From IMG/VR virus record IMGVR_UViG_3300037418_000840: 64,000 nucleotides of DNA; one strand, written 5' to 3'. A program made the position numbers and the translations under genes. Positions 1 to 9,734 of the stretch are shown here, piece by piece (position 1 is the stretch's first letter; the number at the start of each line of letters is the position of its first letter). Below the pieces are notes generated by a model. It ran no database searches and had not been told where the DNA came from. It saw only the letters and a list, made by a program, of their open reading frames with translations. This DNA is from a virus (lineage: Duplodnaviria > Caudoviricetes).

Positions 1-264
1 TACTAACTTCCGGAAGCTTGGGGAGCTTGTTCGCCATCGACAAGAAGGGCACCAGGGCGATGACGGGTCCTGCGGATGGATTTTCGGGGTGCATCATCAG
101 GACAAGCTCGACGGGATCGAGGAGAGTAATCGATGCCCCGTCTTTTTCTTTTACACGCCCGACGACGTTCTGTCCACTGATAAGATGGAACATAGCGACT
201 GAACCGGGGGTGACCTGCGTGATGTCCATTTGAATGGTCCTATTGGGGAGAAGGTTGACGAATG

Positions 265-735
265 CTACTCAGTGAAGTGCTTTGCATAGAGGGCGCGAAG
301 CGCAAGGTCCACAATGGACTCCCGACTCTTCAGTGTCGGGTACACACGTTTGAGTCTGTCGAACATCAACTGCTGGTCGTTCGACAGGCCCATGATCAGC
401 ATGATCTTTCGATTGGGATCATTCTTGACCAATTCAAAAGCGTTGTACGCTTGGATGGCGAGCCACATAACACGCTGCGTCGTCTCCGGCGTTTCGCCGA
501 TCAGCAGATCGTGGTAGGGTCGCTTCCGTTTTGACGAGAGGCGAAGCGCAATCTTGTGCAGGATTGCATGATGACGATCGCATATAGTGACCGTCGGTCC
601 ATCTGCGCCACCGGCTTTCCGGGGTATGATGTGATGGACTTCTTTGTTGGCAGGTCCTGGGGGGTTTGAATCCGTGAATCGGTCGTGGCATACCCAACAG
701 TGAGGGAGCACGATTGACTTGATCACGGTTTCCAC
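265..735 (-). CDS. HNH endonuclease
   Basis: CWVC...EVHHIIPRKAGG...TICDRHH: zinc-binding HNH pattern. Confidence 0.75.
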   Translation of the reverse strand: METVIKSIVLPHCWVCHDRFTDSNPPGPANKEVHHIIPRKAGGADGPTVTICDRHHAILHKIALRLSSKRKRPYHDLLIGETPETTQRVMWLAIQAYNAFELVKNDPNRKIMLIMGLSNDQQLMFDRLKRVYPTLKSRESIVDLALRALYAKHFTE

Positions 736-893
736 GATGAGCTCCTGGACAAGCGATTGAATTCTGGGAGTGCTGTGTGCGTCAGCAGAAGATCGACGCG
801 AAGAACTACAGGACAGCCCTTTCGTTAGGCTATGACATCAGTATTACTACAGTGGGTGGAAATCGGTGACCCGGAGGCCACCGGCGCTACCAT

Positions 894-1463
894 TTATTTA
901 CGCACGTTCCGCGGGTCCATCCAATGGACCAAACCGGGTTCAGCCTTGGATCGACTGCCAGACTTGTCGGCAACCATCGTCGCGTAGTAGTCGGCTTGCG
1001 GGATTGCGTGGAACTCTTGTTGCACGATGAACTCACCTTCGAAGAGAAGAGGGTGATCTTCGGTAGTCGCCAACGTGTTGGACACGCTGTTGACGAAGGC
1101 GCGCAGCGATGGATATCGCGGAGGCATGTGTGTCTTGACGATCATGTGCGGGAAGTAGTGATCGCCATAGAACGCGGATGGGGCACCACGCATCCGCACG
1201 TCATGCGCGCGCTCGACTAACGGTTGACAGTCGAGTGGCAGTATGAGCGCACTCGATTGCGAAGCAGTGTCGAAGTACTCTTTCATCGTTCCTGCATGAG
1301 CACGATATAGCCGTGCTGGCTCGGGCTCCATCTCGTACTGCGACGAGTTGATCTCGACGTAGCACTTGGTGAGATCGAGATCGAACGGGCATCCACCGAA
1401 GACTCGTGACAGATAGGCCAGCGTGTCAGTCGACGGCAGGACCAGTAGTTGATTGATCAGCAT
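894..1463 (-). CDS. hypothetical protein
   Basis: ORF; start trimmed to MLINQ at 1463. Confidence 0.6.
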   Translation of the reverse strand: MLINQLLVLPSTDTLAYLSRVFGGCPFDLDLTKCYVEINSSQYEMEPEPARLYRAHAGTMKEYFDTASQSSALILPLDCQPLVERAHDVRMRGAPSAFYGDHYFPHMIVKTHMPPRYPSLRAFVNSVSNTLATTEDHPLLFEGEFIVQQEFHAIPQADYYATMVADKSGSRSKAEPGLVHWMDPRNVRK

Positions 1464-1683
1464 CTTGAACCTCAGCCCACGTTTTGTGTATGAAACCGCT
1501 ATATCCGACCCACTTGAATAGTTCACGGTGATCGTGTTGGTCGTACGAGAATCCACGAAGGACGCTGATTGCCTGCTTACGGGTCAAGCCGTGCTGACCG
1601 GCCCACAAATCTACTTGAGTGAGCCACGTCTGGCGACGTTGTTCTTCGTAGTCCTCTGGAGACATAACTTTCGTTTCAGCCAT
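1426..1683 (-). CDS. hypothetical protein
   Basis: ORF MAETKV..., abuts upstream gene. Confidence 0.5.
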   Translation of the reverse strand: MAETKVMSPEDYEEQRRQTWLTQVDLWAGQHGLTRKQAISVLRGFSYDQHDHRELFKWVGYSGFIHKTWAEVQDADQSTTGPAVD

Positions 1684-1685
1684 GA

Positions 1686-2699
1686 TCAGAAGGCGAAGCC
1701 CCATTGCTTAACGTTGATAGCCCGACCGGGGAACGCGTTCTTGAGCAGCGAGGCCTCACGCTCAGGCATGAGCCAGAACCAGGCCCCACCGCCACCGCCA
1801 TAAGGCCGATCGACCACGAACGTGAGCTTGATCTTCTGCTGACGCTCGATCAACTTCTTGACGCGATCGGCAGCTTCCAGCCATTTCTCACGCGGGATTT
1901 CTTTTCCCTGCTCGCGCTGTCCCTTGTTGAGCTTGATCAACTCTTTCGGGTTGATGCCCAACACCAGCTGATTGTGGATCACCGCATAGCCGCCGACGCT
2001 ATCGGCCTTGAATCCGGATTGCGAGAGGGCTTCCGTATTGAGGAACCCCTTGCTCGGGATCACAACGATAGGCACACGTGCGATGGCGAACGCCTTGTCC
2101 TTGATGACGGGCAGTGCCTTACCTTCTTTCTTCGTCTGCTCCAGGATTTGCTCGATCTCATCACCGTTCTGGAACAAGGGATCGCTCGATCCACCTTCGA
2201 CTTCTTGCTTGTGCGCTTGAAGCTTGACTCGTGTCGAGTCGATCGCCGATTGGACTTCGGTCACCGCGTTCGTACACGAAAGAATGGCCAGACTTTTCTT
2301 GGTCACGGCTGCGCCAACGAACACGCCTTCACGCAACGACGTGAGCTCGTTGAGCGCGGCACGCAGTGCCTTCGACACTCCGATAGGAGGTCGGTCTTCG
2401 ATGATGGCCTTGATCTTCTTGCGTGCGGCAGTCAGCCGCTTGAGGCGCGTCTGCTCGTCCAGCGAATACAGGTCGGACAGACGGACCACAATCTTGTTGA
2501 GATTGGCCTTCAGTTCCTTGAGGGCCGCGATGCGCGCCTCCATCTTCATCTGGACAGTCGCGTCGTCGGGTCCTTTCTTGGACCCCATCTGCAGAATTGG
2601 AATCAGCTTGGTGAGCTGAGATTGATTCTTCGCGGTCAATCCGCGACGAGCTTGCATACGGTCGAAGTTCGAGTCCACGACCCGCATAGCGTTCTTCAT
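1686..2699 (-). CDS. hypothetical protein (helical N-terminus)
   Basis: 337-aa ORF co-oriented with neighbours. Confidence 0.75.
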   Translation of the reverse strand: MKNAMRVVDSNFDRMQARRGLTAKNQSQLTKLIPILQMGSKKGPDDATVQMKMEARIAALKELKANLNKIVVRLSDLYSLDEQTRLKRLTAARKKIKAIIEDRPPIGVSKALRAALNELTSLREGVFVGAAVTKKSLAILSCTNAVTEVQSAIDSTRVKLQAHKQEVEGGSSDPLFQNGDEIEQILEQTKKEGKALPVIKDKAFAIARVPIVVIPSKGFLNTEALSQSGFKADSVGGYAVIHNQLVLGINPKELIKLNKGQREQGKEIPREKWLEAADRVKKLIERQQKIKLTFVVDRPYGGGGGAWFWLMPEREASLLKNAFPGRAINVKQWGFAF

Positions 2700-2821
2700 T
2701 CGGTTCTCCGTTTGTGTGACTTGTTGGAATCAAATTCACACGGACGTGGCCGGAAAAGCACAGAAGGGAATCCACCTTCTGATGGATTCCCTTCATGATC
2801 AACTACATTGTGCGCCGATGC

Positions 2822-3253
2822 TTACAGGAGGAAGTCGTTCTTCTTCGACTTCTTCGCAGCCGGACCGGCCTTCTCGCCCTTCACCTTCTTGACGACCTTC
2901 GTCGGCTTGGCCGCTGCCTTGCCCGCTTTTGCCTTGACACCGGCCTTCGCCTTGGGACCAGCCTTCTTGGCGGCGACCTTCTTCGTGCGACGAGCGGCCG
3001 GAGCGGCGTCTTCGTCTTCGTCTTCGGCGGCCTTCGCGCGAGCCGGACGAGCCTTGCCGTTGACCTTCGCGTTCTTCGCTGCGCCACGAGCCGGACCCGC
3101 CTTCTTCGCACCGGCACCAGCCTTTCCGCCTTCGAGGCGAGCCTTCAGGCGTTCGTTCTGCGTCGTGAGTTGCTTGACTTGACGCGTGAGTTTGCCGATC
3201 ACTTGAGCGACTTGACGAGCTTGTGCGACGTGGTTGACTTGTTGCGTTGCCAT
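2822..3253 (-). CDS. Lys/Ala-rich histone H1-like protein with N-terminal coiled coil
   Basis: KAGAKKA-type low complexity after a heptad segment; GTAAATA motif upstream (3349-3355). Confidence 0.7.
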   Translation of the reverse strand: MATQQVNHVAQARQVAQVIGKLTRQVKQLTTQNERLKARLEGGKAGAGAKKAGPARGAAKNAKVNGKARPARAKAAEDEDEDAAPAARRTKKVAAKKAGPKAKAGVKAKAGKAAAKPTKVVKKVKGEKAGPAAKKSKKNDFLL

Positions 3254-3487
3254 GATGATTCCTTGTGAAAGAAGGGTTTTAGACTTTGGATGAGTGCGTG
3301 TGATTCGATCTTTTCTGGTTGGAATCTCACCACAACATGCACGCACCATATTTACACTAACGAGTGGAACTTCAAATTGGCGATTGGGGAACTGCGTCGC
3401 CAACTTTCAGCACTGCTGCGAGAGCGCGCTCCCTGTTCCCCGGTTACGTTGCTGCATACTACAATTGGGGAACGCGCTCAGACCGCT

Positions 3488-5332
3488 TTACTGCTTTGCG
3501 CTGACCGGCAATCCCGGATATGGAACTACACGATCAGATTTCTTGAAGCGCTGGATTGACGACGCAGCGATCTTCGTTGCGGGAGTTGCCAGCATGGCGA
3601 ACGGTTCGTCAGCCGAGCCGTTGATCACCACCGGAATCCCATTCGACTTCGACACCTTGACGAACGTTCGATCTTTGGCTATGAATCCAGCAAAGATGTT
3701 GATGTCCTCGAACGGAATCTTCCGCGTCTTCTTGGCGGCTGCTCGTCCGGCTTTGCGACCTTCGCGTTCCTGCTCGTCTGCAGATTGGACCAGCGTCAAC
3801 TCATCCTGATGAACTTCATGCGGTTGAGCTTCGACAGGAGTGCCAACGAATTGGACACCATACACACCATCGGTTTTCGTCTGCGTCACGATGACACCAC
3901 GACCATGAGTCGGATGCTCGACTTGATCACCCTTCTTGAACTTCGGACGCGGTGCCGCCTTGACAAGCTTCAGTTCATCTTGATGAATCTCATCACCTTC
4001 GTACTGACTAGCGTCGTCACCCTCAGCAAGATCGAAGTTGACTTCGAATACGCCCTCGGTCTTGGTTGGGCCGCATACCAAACCTTGACCATGTGCAGGA
4101 TGCATGACCAGATCATTGGTCGCAAATTTCGGTTCGGTTCCCTTCTTCAACTTCGCTTTCCGCGCAGCGATCAGCTTGAGGTTGCTCACATGCTTTGCCT
4201 GCGGCAATTCACCGGCGTCATCGAATCGAACATCCACATATGTATTGCCTTCGGCTCCAGAGTGCCCGACGATGGTGCCCTTCCTACGTTCGCCGTTGAG
4301 TTCTTGGACTTCGGCACCAATCTTGTACTTCTTCGCAATCTTGGCGTAGCTCTTGTGTTGCTCGGCCGCGGTCCCGATCTTCGATTCGTTCGGCGACGAC
4401 CACAAGACCAGGTCGCGAATCTTGATCGTTTCGTGGCCCTTGCCTTCGATCGCAACGTCTACCTCGTCATCACGAATGTCGCCGACCCAACCGATGAGCT
4501 TGCTGGGCTTGGACGCACGAGCAACCCAGACCAGGGTCTCCTCTTTGGCATTACGAGCGGTGGTCCACGCGTGTCTGATGTGATCGGCCGCGCTCGGCTT
4601 GCGATACAGCATCAGTTCGTGCAAAGGATAGGTGGCAGTCACCTCCTCGTCTCCTACGTACGCGACTTTGACGCCGCCCGTGTTTGGGATTTCCATCACA
4701 CGACCACGCAGAGGGATGATCGGAACGCCGACGTCGGCCACGCGATCGCCGACGCGGATGGCACGCGCGGGCTTATGCTTCTTGACCAGGACCAACCGCG
4801 ATTCCTCGTAGACGTTGAAGAACGGATCACGGCCCACACGATACATCTGAGTACCGAGGGGTCCGGACACGCCGTCGCCGACGAATGTATAGACGACAGG
4901 TGCCGGCGCATATCTCTTCTGCCCCTTCTCCGCCTTCAGTGTGTTCAGTGTGACGAGATCACCAACTGCGAACTTCGGCTTCGCCACTGAAACCTTCTTC
5001 CATCCGTCGATGGACACCATGTTGCTCTTCTGGCCATTGGTGAATTCGATGTTCATCGTGCCATCACTGTTCCACGACTTGACTGTTGCTTGAGGCACGT
5101 CACCAAAACCGAGTCCCTGATGGTGGATGAGAGCACCGACTGCGAATTTATGCTTCGCATCTTTCCCGCGAAGCGCTTCCTTCGTAGTGTTGAACCCTTG
5201 AGAGGAGGTTCCAACTACACGCTTGTCCAACTTCTTCGCGGAAGACTTGGAGGACTTCTTTGCCGAAGCCGTGTTCTTGACGTTCTTGGTGGTCTTGACC
5301 GACTTGCGTGCGTTCTTAGCTGCGTTTGCCAT
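3488..5332 (-). CDS. tandem SH3/KOW/Tudor-like repeat protein
   Basis: about six K(F/Y)xxGDxV-type units, e.g. KFKKGDQVEHPTHGRGVIV; sigma70 promoter upstream. Confidence 0.7.
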   Translation of the reverse strand: MANAAKNARKSVKTTKNVKNTASAKKSSKSSAKKLDKRVVGTSSQGFNTTKEALRGKDAKHKFAVGALIHHQGLGFGDVPQATVKSWNSDGTMNIEFTNGQKSNMVSIDGWKKVSVAKPKFAVGDLVTLNTLKAEKGQKRYAPAPVVYTFVGDGVSGPLGTQMYRVGRDPFFNVYEESRLVLVKKHKPARAIRVGDRVADVGVPIIPLRGRVMEIPNTGGVKVAYVGDEEVTATYPLHELMLYRKPSAADHIRHAWTTARNAKEETLVWVARASKPSKLIGWVGDIRDDEVDVAIEGKGHETIKIRDLVLWSSPNESKIGTAAEQHKSYAKIAKKYKIGAEVQELNGERRKGTIVGHSGAEGNTYVDVRFDDAGELPQAKHVSNLKLIAARKAKLKKGTEPKFATNDLVMHPAHGQGLVCGPTKTEGVFEVNFDLAEGDDASQYEGDEIHQDELKLVKAAPRPKFKKGDQVEHPTHGRGVIVTQTKTDGVYGVQFVGTPVEAQPHEVHQDELTLVQSADEQEREGRKAGRAAAKKTRKIPFEDINIFAGFIAKDRTFVKVSKSNGIPVVINGSADEPFAMLATPATKIAASSIQRFKKSDRVVPYPGLPVSAKQ

Positions 5333-5418
5333 TCTGGTTTCCTCAATGGAAAAATGCCGGACGTTAAGAGGGGAGCCCGGCAAGCCCCTGTGGACAACCG
5401 CGCGAGCGCGGTTTAGCC

Positions 5419-5447
5419 ATTATACCACGCGGGCGCGCACCCTACAA
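5419..5447 (-). promoter_or_regulatory. sigma70-type promoter
   Basis: TTGTAG-17 nt-TATAAT with extended -10 TG on the minus strand. Confidence 0.65.
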
Positions 5448-5518
5448 CCCGAGATTGCCGAGTGTTGTGTTTTTACAACACCCGGTTAGGTCACGAAATG
5501 GGGCGCACACGGACGCGT

Positions 5519-7027
5519 TTACACCATCTTCAGCTTCTTGGTTTCGACGTCGTGCTTGAACTTGCGGTCCTTGGTCACTGCATCCATGATAGCTGACAGA
5601 TCAGTAGCAATCTTGGCGCGCGGCCGTTTGGCCCACGACTCCAATTGCTTGAGGAACTGCTGTTGTTCCTTGAGCTTGGTCTTCAACGCGTCCTGATCCA
5701 ACTTCGACAACTGGCGGACACGCAGTTCCAGGATTTGTCGCGCTTGTTCCTCGGTGATCTTCAGTGCTTTGACCAAATACGCATCGGCGTCTTTGGCGCG
5801 CAATGCCTTGAAGATCACGTCCAACTTATCGCAGGCGAAGATCAGCAGTTTGGAATACGCGATTGCCGCCTCTTGCTTGCGCTTGCGATAGGCAAGACTG
5901 CGAAGCTCTAGTTGGACACGCTCACGCAACCACGCGATGATTAGATCGGGGACCGACATGGCCTCGACCTTGTTCTCGTAGGTCGTGCGTCCGTCTTCGA
6001 CTTTGGCGCTGCGTCGAGTGACGTTGATCTTGAAGGCCACCGATTGCTGAGTCAGCCGCTGAATGCGCTTGACCCATGCTTGGTACTGCGGGAGATTGTA
6101 GGCAGGCCGGCACACGATGGTCAGTGTTGAACTGCCCTTCGTGTTCTCGCAGCGCAGCGTCTCCTTCATCGCTCGGACCTTCTCGATGAATTTCTGCAAG
6201 TTGGTGCCCTGAGGCCAGTCCGCGATGACGATCCGCTTCTTGTCGGGCTCCATCTGGATGTCGGACTCAAACTTGACGTTGGCCTCCGAATCAGTGAACA
6301 TCCGCAACCACTGCGCGCGGTTCTCCGGCGTGTTGATGAGCGTGCCACCCCACTTATGAGCGTACTTCAGAGTACGTGCGAAGTCCTTGGACGTCAACTT
6401 CTCGCCCTTGAGCAATCGCGTCAGCACTTCGATCAGAGATTCGGCAGTGAAGGCCGGTAACTTGCCAGTGATGCCGACACCAACCCCTTCGTTGGCCGTC
6501 ATCAGCACGTAGGGCAATTGAGCCGGAAGCGTAACCGGCTCGATCTCCTTGTCGTCGAAGTTCGGTACGAACGACGTGACCTCTTTGTTGAAGTAGTCAC
6601 TGTCGAAGAACGTGTAGCCGAAGTTGGACAACCGAGCGTTGGTGTACCGATAGGCTGCGGCCCCGTCGGTCATGTTCCCCCAATTCCCCTTGCCGATCAG
6701 AACTGGCGTCGGCATATGGTTCATGGTGATCATGGCACCATAGACGGACGAGTCGCCGTGCGGGTGATACTTGCCGAGTGCATCACCAACGGTACGTGCG
6801 GCCTTGACGAACTCGTTGCGCGTGTGCTGCGCCATCGCCCACATGATACGCCGTTGAACCGGCTTTAGCCCATCGAAGATGTCAGGTAGCGCCCGCTCCT
6901 CGTTGGTCTCGGTCGCATACTTCTTCATGTTGCGCAAGCCGAAGTCGCGGAGGGCTTCCTTCACGACTTGCTTGTCGGCCGTGGGCACCAGTCCCCCGAC
7001 GGTCTTTGCCTTCTTTCTTGTTGCCAT
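5519..7027 (-). CDS. gyrA: type IIA topoisomerase subunit A (GyrA/ParC-like, no beta-pinwheel CTD)
   Basis: RALPDIFDGLKPVQRRI, GKYHPHGDSSVYGAM, catalytic AAYRYT; 502 aa. Confidence 0.93.
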   Translation of the reverse strand: MATRKKAKTVGGLVPTADKQVVKEALRDFGLRNMKKYATETNEERALPDIFDGLKPVQRRIMWAMAQHTRNEFVKAARTVGDALGKYHPHGDSSVYGAMITMNHMPTPVLIGKGNWGNMTDGAAAYRYTNARLSNFGYTFFDSDYFNKEVTSFVPNFDDKEIEPVTLPAQLPYVLMTANEGVGVGITGKLPAFTAESLIEVLTRLLKGEKLTSKDFARTLKYAHKWGGTLINTPENRAQWLRMFTDSEANVKFESDIQMEPDKKRIVIADWPQGTNLQKFIEKVRAMKETLRCENTKGSSTLTIVCRPAYNLPQYQAWVKRIQRLTQQSVAFKINVTRRSAKVEDGRTTYENKVEAMSVPDLIIAWLRERVQLELRSLAYRKRKQEAAIAYSKLLIFACDKLDVIFKALRAKDADAYLVKALKITEEQARQILELRVRQLSKLDQDALKTKLKEQQQFLKQLESWAKRPRAKIATDLSAIMDAVTKDRKFKHDVETKKLKMV

Positions 7028-7029
7028 GT

Positions 7030-9732
7030 TCAGGCCTCAATGTTACGGACACGTCGCTTCGTGGCAGCGACTTCCCTGATCGCATCAGACAGCGGACCAA
7101 GTCTCGAGATGTTGCGCTTCTTCTCAGCGACTTTGGACGCTACCTTCTTGGTCTCTGTGGTTCGTGTGCTAACTTTCCGCGCAGGAACCTTCTTGGCAGC
7201 TACCCGGCCTTTCTTTTTACTGCCCTCGCCGTCGTCCTCCTCTTCGCCACCGACAGCGTTCTCCGGGAGACCGAAGGCTTTGCGGCGATACTGCACGTCC
7301 TCGTTCATCAGACGGACAAAGTCCACGTGGTCATCTTGCTCCAACGCCTTGATCTGAATCAGACGACGGGTCTGCGGATCCATCGCCATGATGCGCATCA
7401 GACTGGCGTCAAGCTCACCCCAACCCTTGACGTGGTTGATGGTGGTCGATGCCGGAGCCTTGAGCTTCTTCAGCTTGGCTTGGACCTCGGACAGCGTGGA
7501 CCCGGTGACCAGTGATTCCTTGTACTCGGCGTAGAACTCTGGGCTATCCGCCACGTAGACCATGCCACGTTCGAACAGGCCGGGCACATGCTTGTAGATC
7601 AAGGACAGACACAGACTGTTGATGTGACAGTTACTGGATACGACACCTGACGGCAAAACGAAGTGATGGTAGCGCGGGACCGTCAGACAGTAGACGGGCA
7701 CCGGTTGATCCAACTGCTGGATCCGCATCTTCGATACGGGGGCAAAGCCCAGACGCGTGCGATAATCACACGATGACCGGTCCTTGGTCCCACTAGCCGC
7801 CGGACAGTACACTCGGTCCCCAACCTTCAGGTCCTTGGCCTTGACGTACACCAGATCGTCACTGCCCGGGAATTCCGTCGTGTCCCGACCGTACATAGCT
7901 TCGGTCTTAAGACAGACCCAACGATGTTCCAGGCTCACCTTGTATTTGGCCTTGCCCAAGTCAAGAGCCACCAACTGATCGACGTTGCGTTCGAGGCGCG
8001 CCGTCGCATCGGCCCAGATCTCCTTGCCGTCGTGGAACACGGGCACACGGAACTGTTGATCCAACAGTTCGTCAATTCGAGTGGGGCTCATTTCGTGCCA
8101 GGACACGCCGTCCATGCTGCGTTGCTGCATGATGCGGATCTTCGTCTCACCAATGAACGGGCCGTCCGGGTCCGGGTCAGCCAGCAGGATGAGCTTGCCC
8201 ATCGTCAGTTTGGAGTACGCGTCGGCGGCCTTCGGATCAAAGCCCATCGCCGCCAAGATGTAGATGATTTCATCCGACGACGTGGCCGTACCCTTCGGGT
8301 CCTTGAGCGCGTTCTTGATCTTCCCCTTCAGCGGGAGGATCGCCTGATACGGGAACCGTGCTTCTTTGGCCGTGCCACCCGCCGAGTCACCTTCGACCAG
8401 GAACAGTTCGCGATCGCTGATCTTGACTCGGGGATCGAACGATGCGTACTTGGCAGGCAGACCACCGCGTTTCACCGCGTTGAGCTTGGACGCCGCAGCC
8501 TTACTGATCGTGAACTTGTTCTTCAGTTCAGCGATCTTGGTGGCCTTGTCGCAAATGCGCTGCGCCATCGCCTTGTTCTCTTTGAAGAACTTGGTCGTGG
8601 CCGCCACCAGCTTCTTGCGCAGGTCGGTGCCCATCCGCTCGTCCGAGAGATAGACCTTGTCCTGCGAGTTGAACTTCGCCTTGTGTAATTTGGCGTTGAC
8701 GATACCGACCAGACCCTCTTTCAGATCAGCGGCAGAGAACGCCAGTATGTCTTTCTTCTTGACCTTGCGTGTCTTGATGAACGGCCGCAGACCATCGTAC
8801 AGTGCAGCGATCACCGAGTCGACGTGTTTACCACCCTTGCTGTTGTGGCTGCCGTTGGTGAACCCGCGCAGATCGCACTCGGTGTAGCCGGAGAAGGCAA
8901 CTACCACGTCACAAGCGTTGGGATCTCCGTGTTCCGACTTGTATTCGAACATCACGCGCTCGGCACCTACACCAAACTTCTCGAGTCGCTTATGCACGTA
9001 CTCGACAACACCGGTCTTCGACAGGAACTGGCGCTTACCCTTCGGCGTCGAGATCAGAATGGCGACGCCGGGATTGAAGTACGACATGATCTCCGCCCAC
9101 TCGACTGCCAGTTGGCCTGGGAACTTGTCGGTGCTGAAGATCGACAGATCGGGTTTGACATGGATCAGCGTCCCACGCTTCGCCACCTGACCGTTCGGTC
9201 CCTTCGGAGCCTTACACTTGGCAACCGGAGTGACGAGCTTGCCCTTCTTGAAGCCGACGGTGTACCATTGGCCTTCGTAGCAAGTCCACACCGTGAAGAA
9301 TTCGGCAGTCGCATTCGTGCCCTTGGCACCGATACCGTGAGTCCCGATCGAGACTTCGTACGCCGTGTTGTCGTACTTGCCCGACGTGTGTAGCGCACCG
9401 AACACCGACTGCATGGTCGGCATCTTGTTCACCACGTCCTTGCCGTTGACATGGATCGTGGTCTTGGTGATACCCTGCGGAATCCCGTGGCCCGCGTCTT
9501 GTACCCAGAAACTGCCATCCTTGTCTACGTGGAGAAGGACTGCCGTGTTGCGACCGGCTAGAGCTTCGTCCAGGCCGTTGTCAAGCAGTTCCTTGACCAC
9601 CATCCATAGACCGTAGCTGTCCGTGCCCCCGATGTACTGACTGGCGTTACGCCGGACGCTGTCAGGAAAGACCAGCGTCTTGATGTTCGCGGCCGTATAG
9701 TTGACCTTGGCCTTAGTCGATTTGGTTGCCAT
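7030..9732 (-). CDS. gyrB: type IIA topoisomerase subunit B (GyrB/ParE-like) with intein
   Basis: ELLDNGLDEA, DAGHGIP, GTHGIG (GHKL ATPase); LVEGDSAGG, PLKGKI, DPDPDG..HI, KGWGE (TOPRIM). Confidence 0.93.
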   Translation of the reverse strand: MATKSTKAKVNYTAANIKTLVFPDSVRRNASQYIGGTDSYGLWMVVKELLDNGLDEALAGRNTAVLLHVDKDGSFWVQDAGHGIPQGITKTTIHVNGKDVVNKMPTMQSVFGALHTSGKYDNTAYEVSIGTHGIGAKGTNATAEFFTVWTCYEGQWYTVGFKKGKLVTPVAKCKAPKGPNGQVAKRGTLIHVKPDLSIFSTDKFPGQLAVEWAEIMSYFNPGVAILISTPKGKRQFLSKTGVVEYVHKRLEKFGVGAERVMFEYKSEHGDPNACDVVVAFSGYTECDLRGFTNGSHNSKGGKHVDSVIAALYDGLRPFIKTRKVKKKDILAFSAADLKEGLVGIVNAKLHKAKFNSQDKVYLSDERMGTDLRKKLVAATTKFFKENKAMAQRICDKATKIAELKNKFTISKAAASKLNAVKRGGLPAKYASFDPRVKISDRELFLVEGDSAGGTAKEARFPYQAILPLKGKIKNALKDPKGTATSSDEIIYILAAMGFDPKAADAYSKLTMGKLILLADPDPDGPFIGETKIRIMQQRSMDGVSWHEMSPTRIDELLDQQFRVPVFHDGKEIWADATARLERNVDQLVALDLGKAKYKVSLEHRWVCLKTEAMYGRDTTEFPGSDDLVYVKAKDLKVGDRVYCPAASGTKDRSSCDYRTRLGFAPVSKMRIQQLDQPVPVYCLTVPRYHHFVLPSGVVSSNCHINSLCLSLIYKHVPGLFERGMVYVADSPEFYAEYKESLVTGSTLSEVQAKLKKLKAPASTTINHVKGWGELDASLMRIMAMDPQTRRLIQIKALEQDDHVDFVRLMNEDVQYRRKAFGLPENAVGGEEEDDGEGSKKKGRVAAKKVPARKVSTRTTETKKVASKVAEKKRNISRLGPLSDAIREVAATKRRVRNIEA
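7630..8160 (-). mobile_element. class 3 mini-intein (177 aa, Pro1, no homing endonuclease)
   Basis: PFIGETKI...SLEHRW...VYCLTV...GVVSSN|C interrupts DPDPDG|CHI. Confidence 0.85.
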
Positions 9733-9734
9733 CC

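Noticed and set aside
800-860. CTGATG...CGAAA on the minus strand, suggesting a hammerhead ribozyme
   Set aside because: Core reads CTGATGT rather than CTGANGA, and no stem II can form before GAAA
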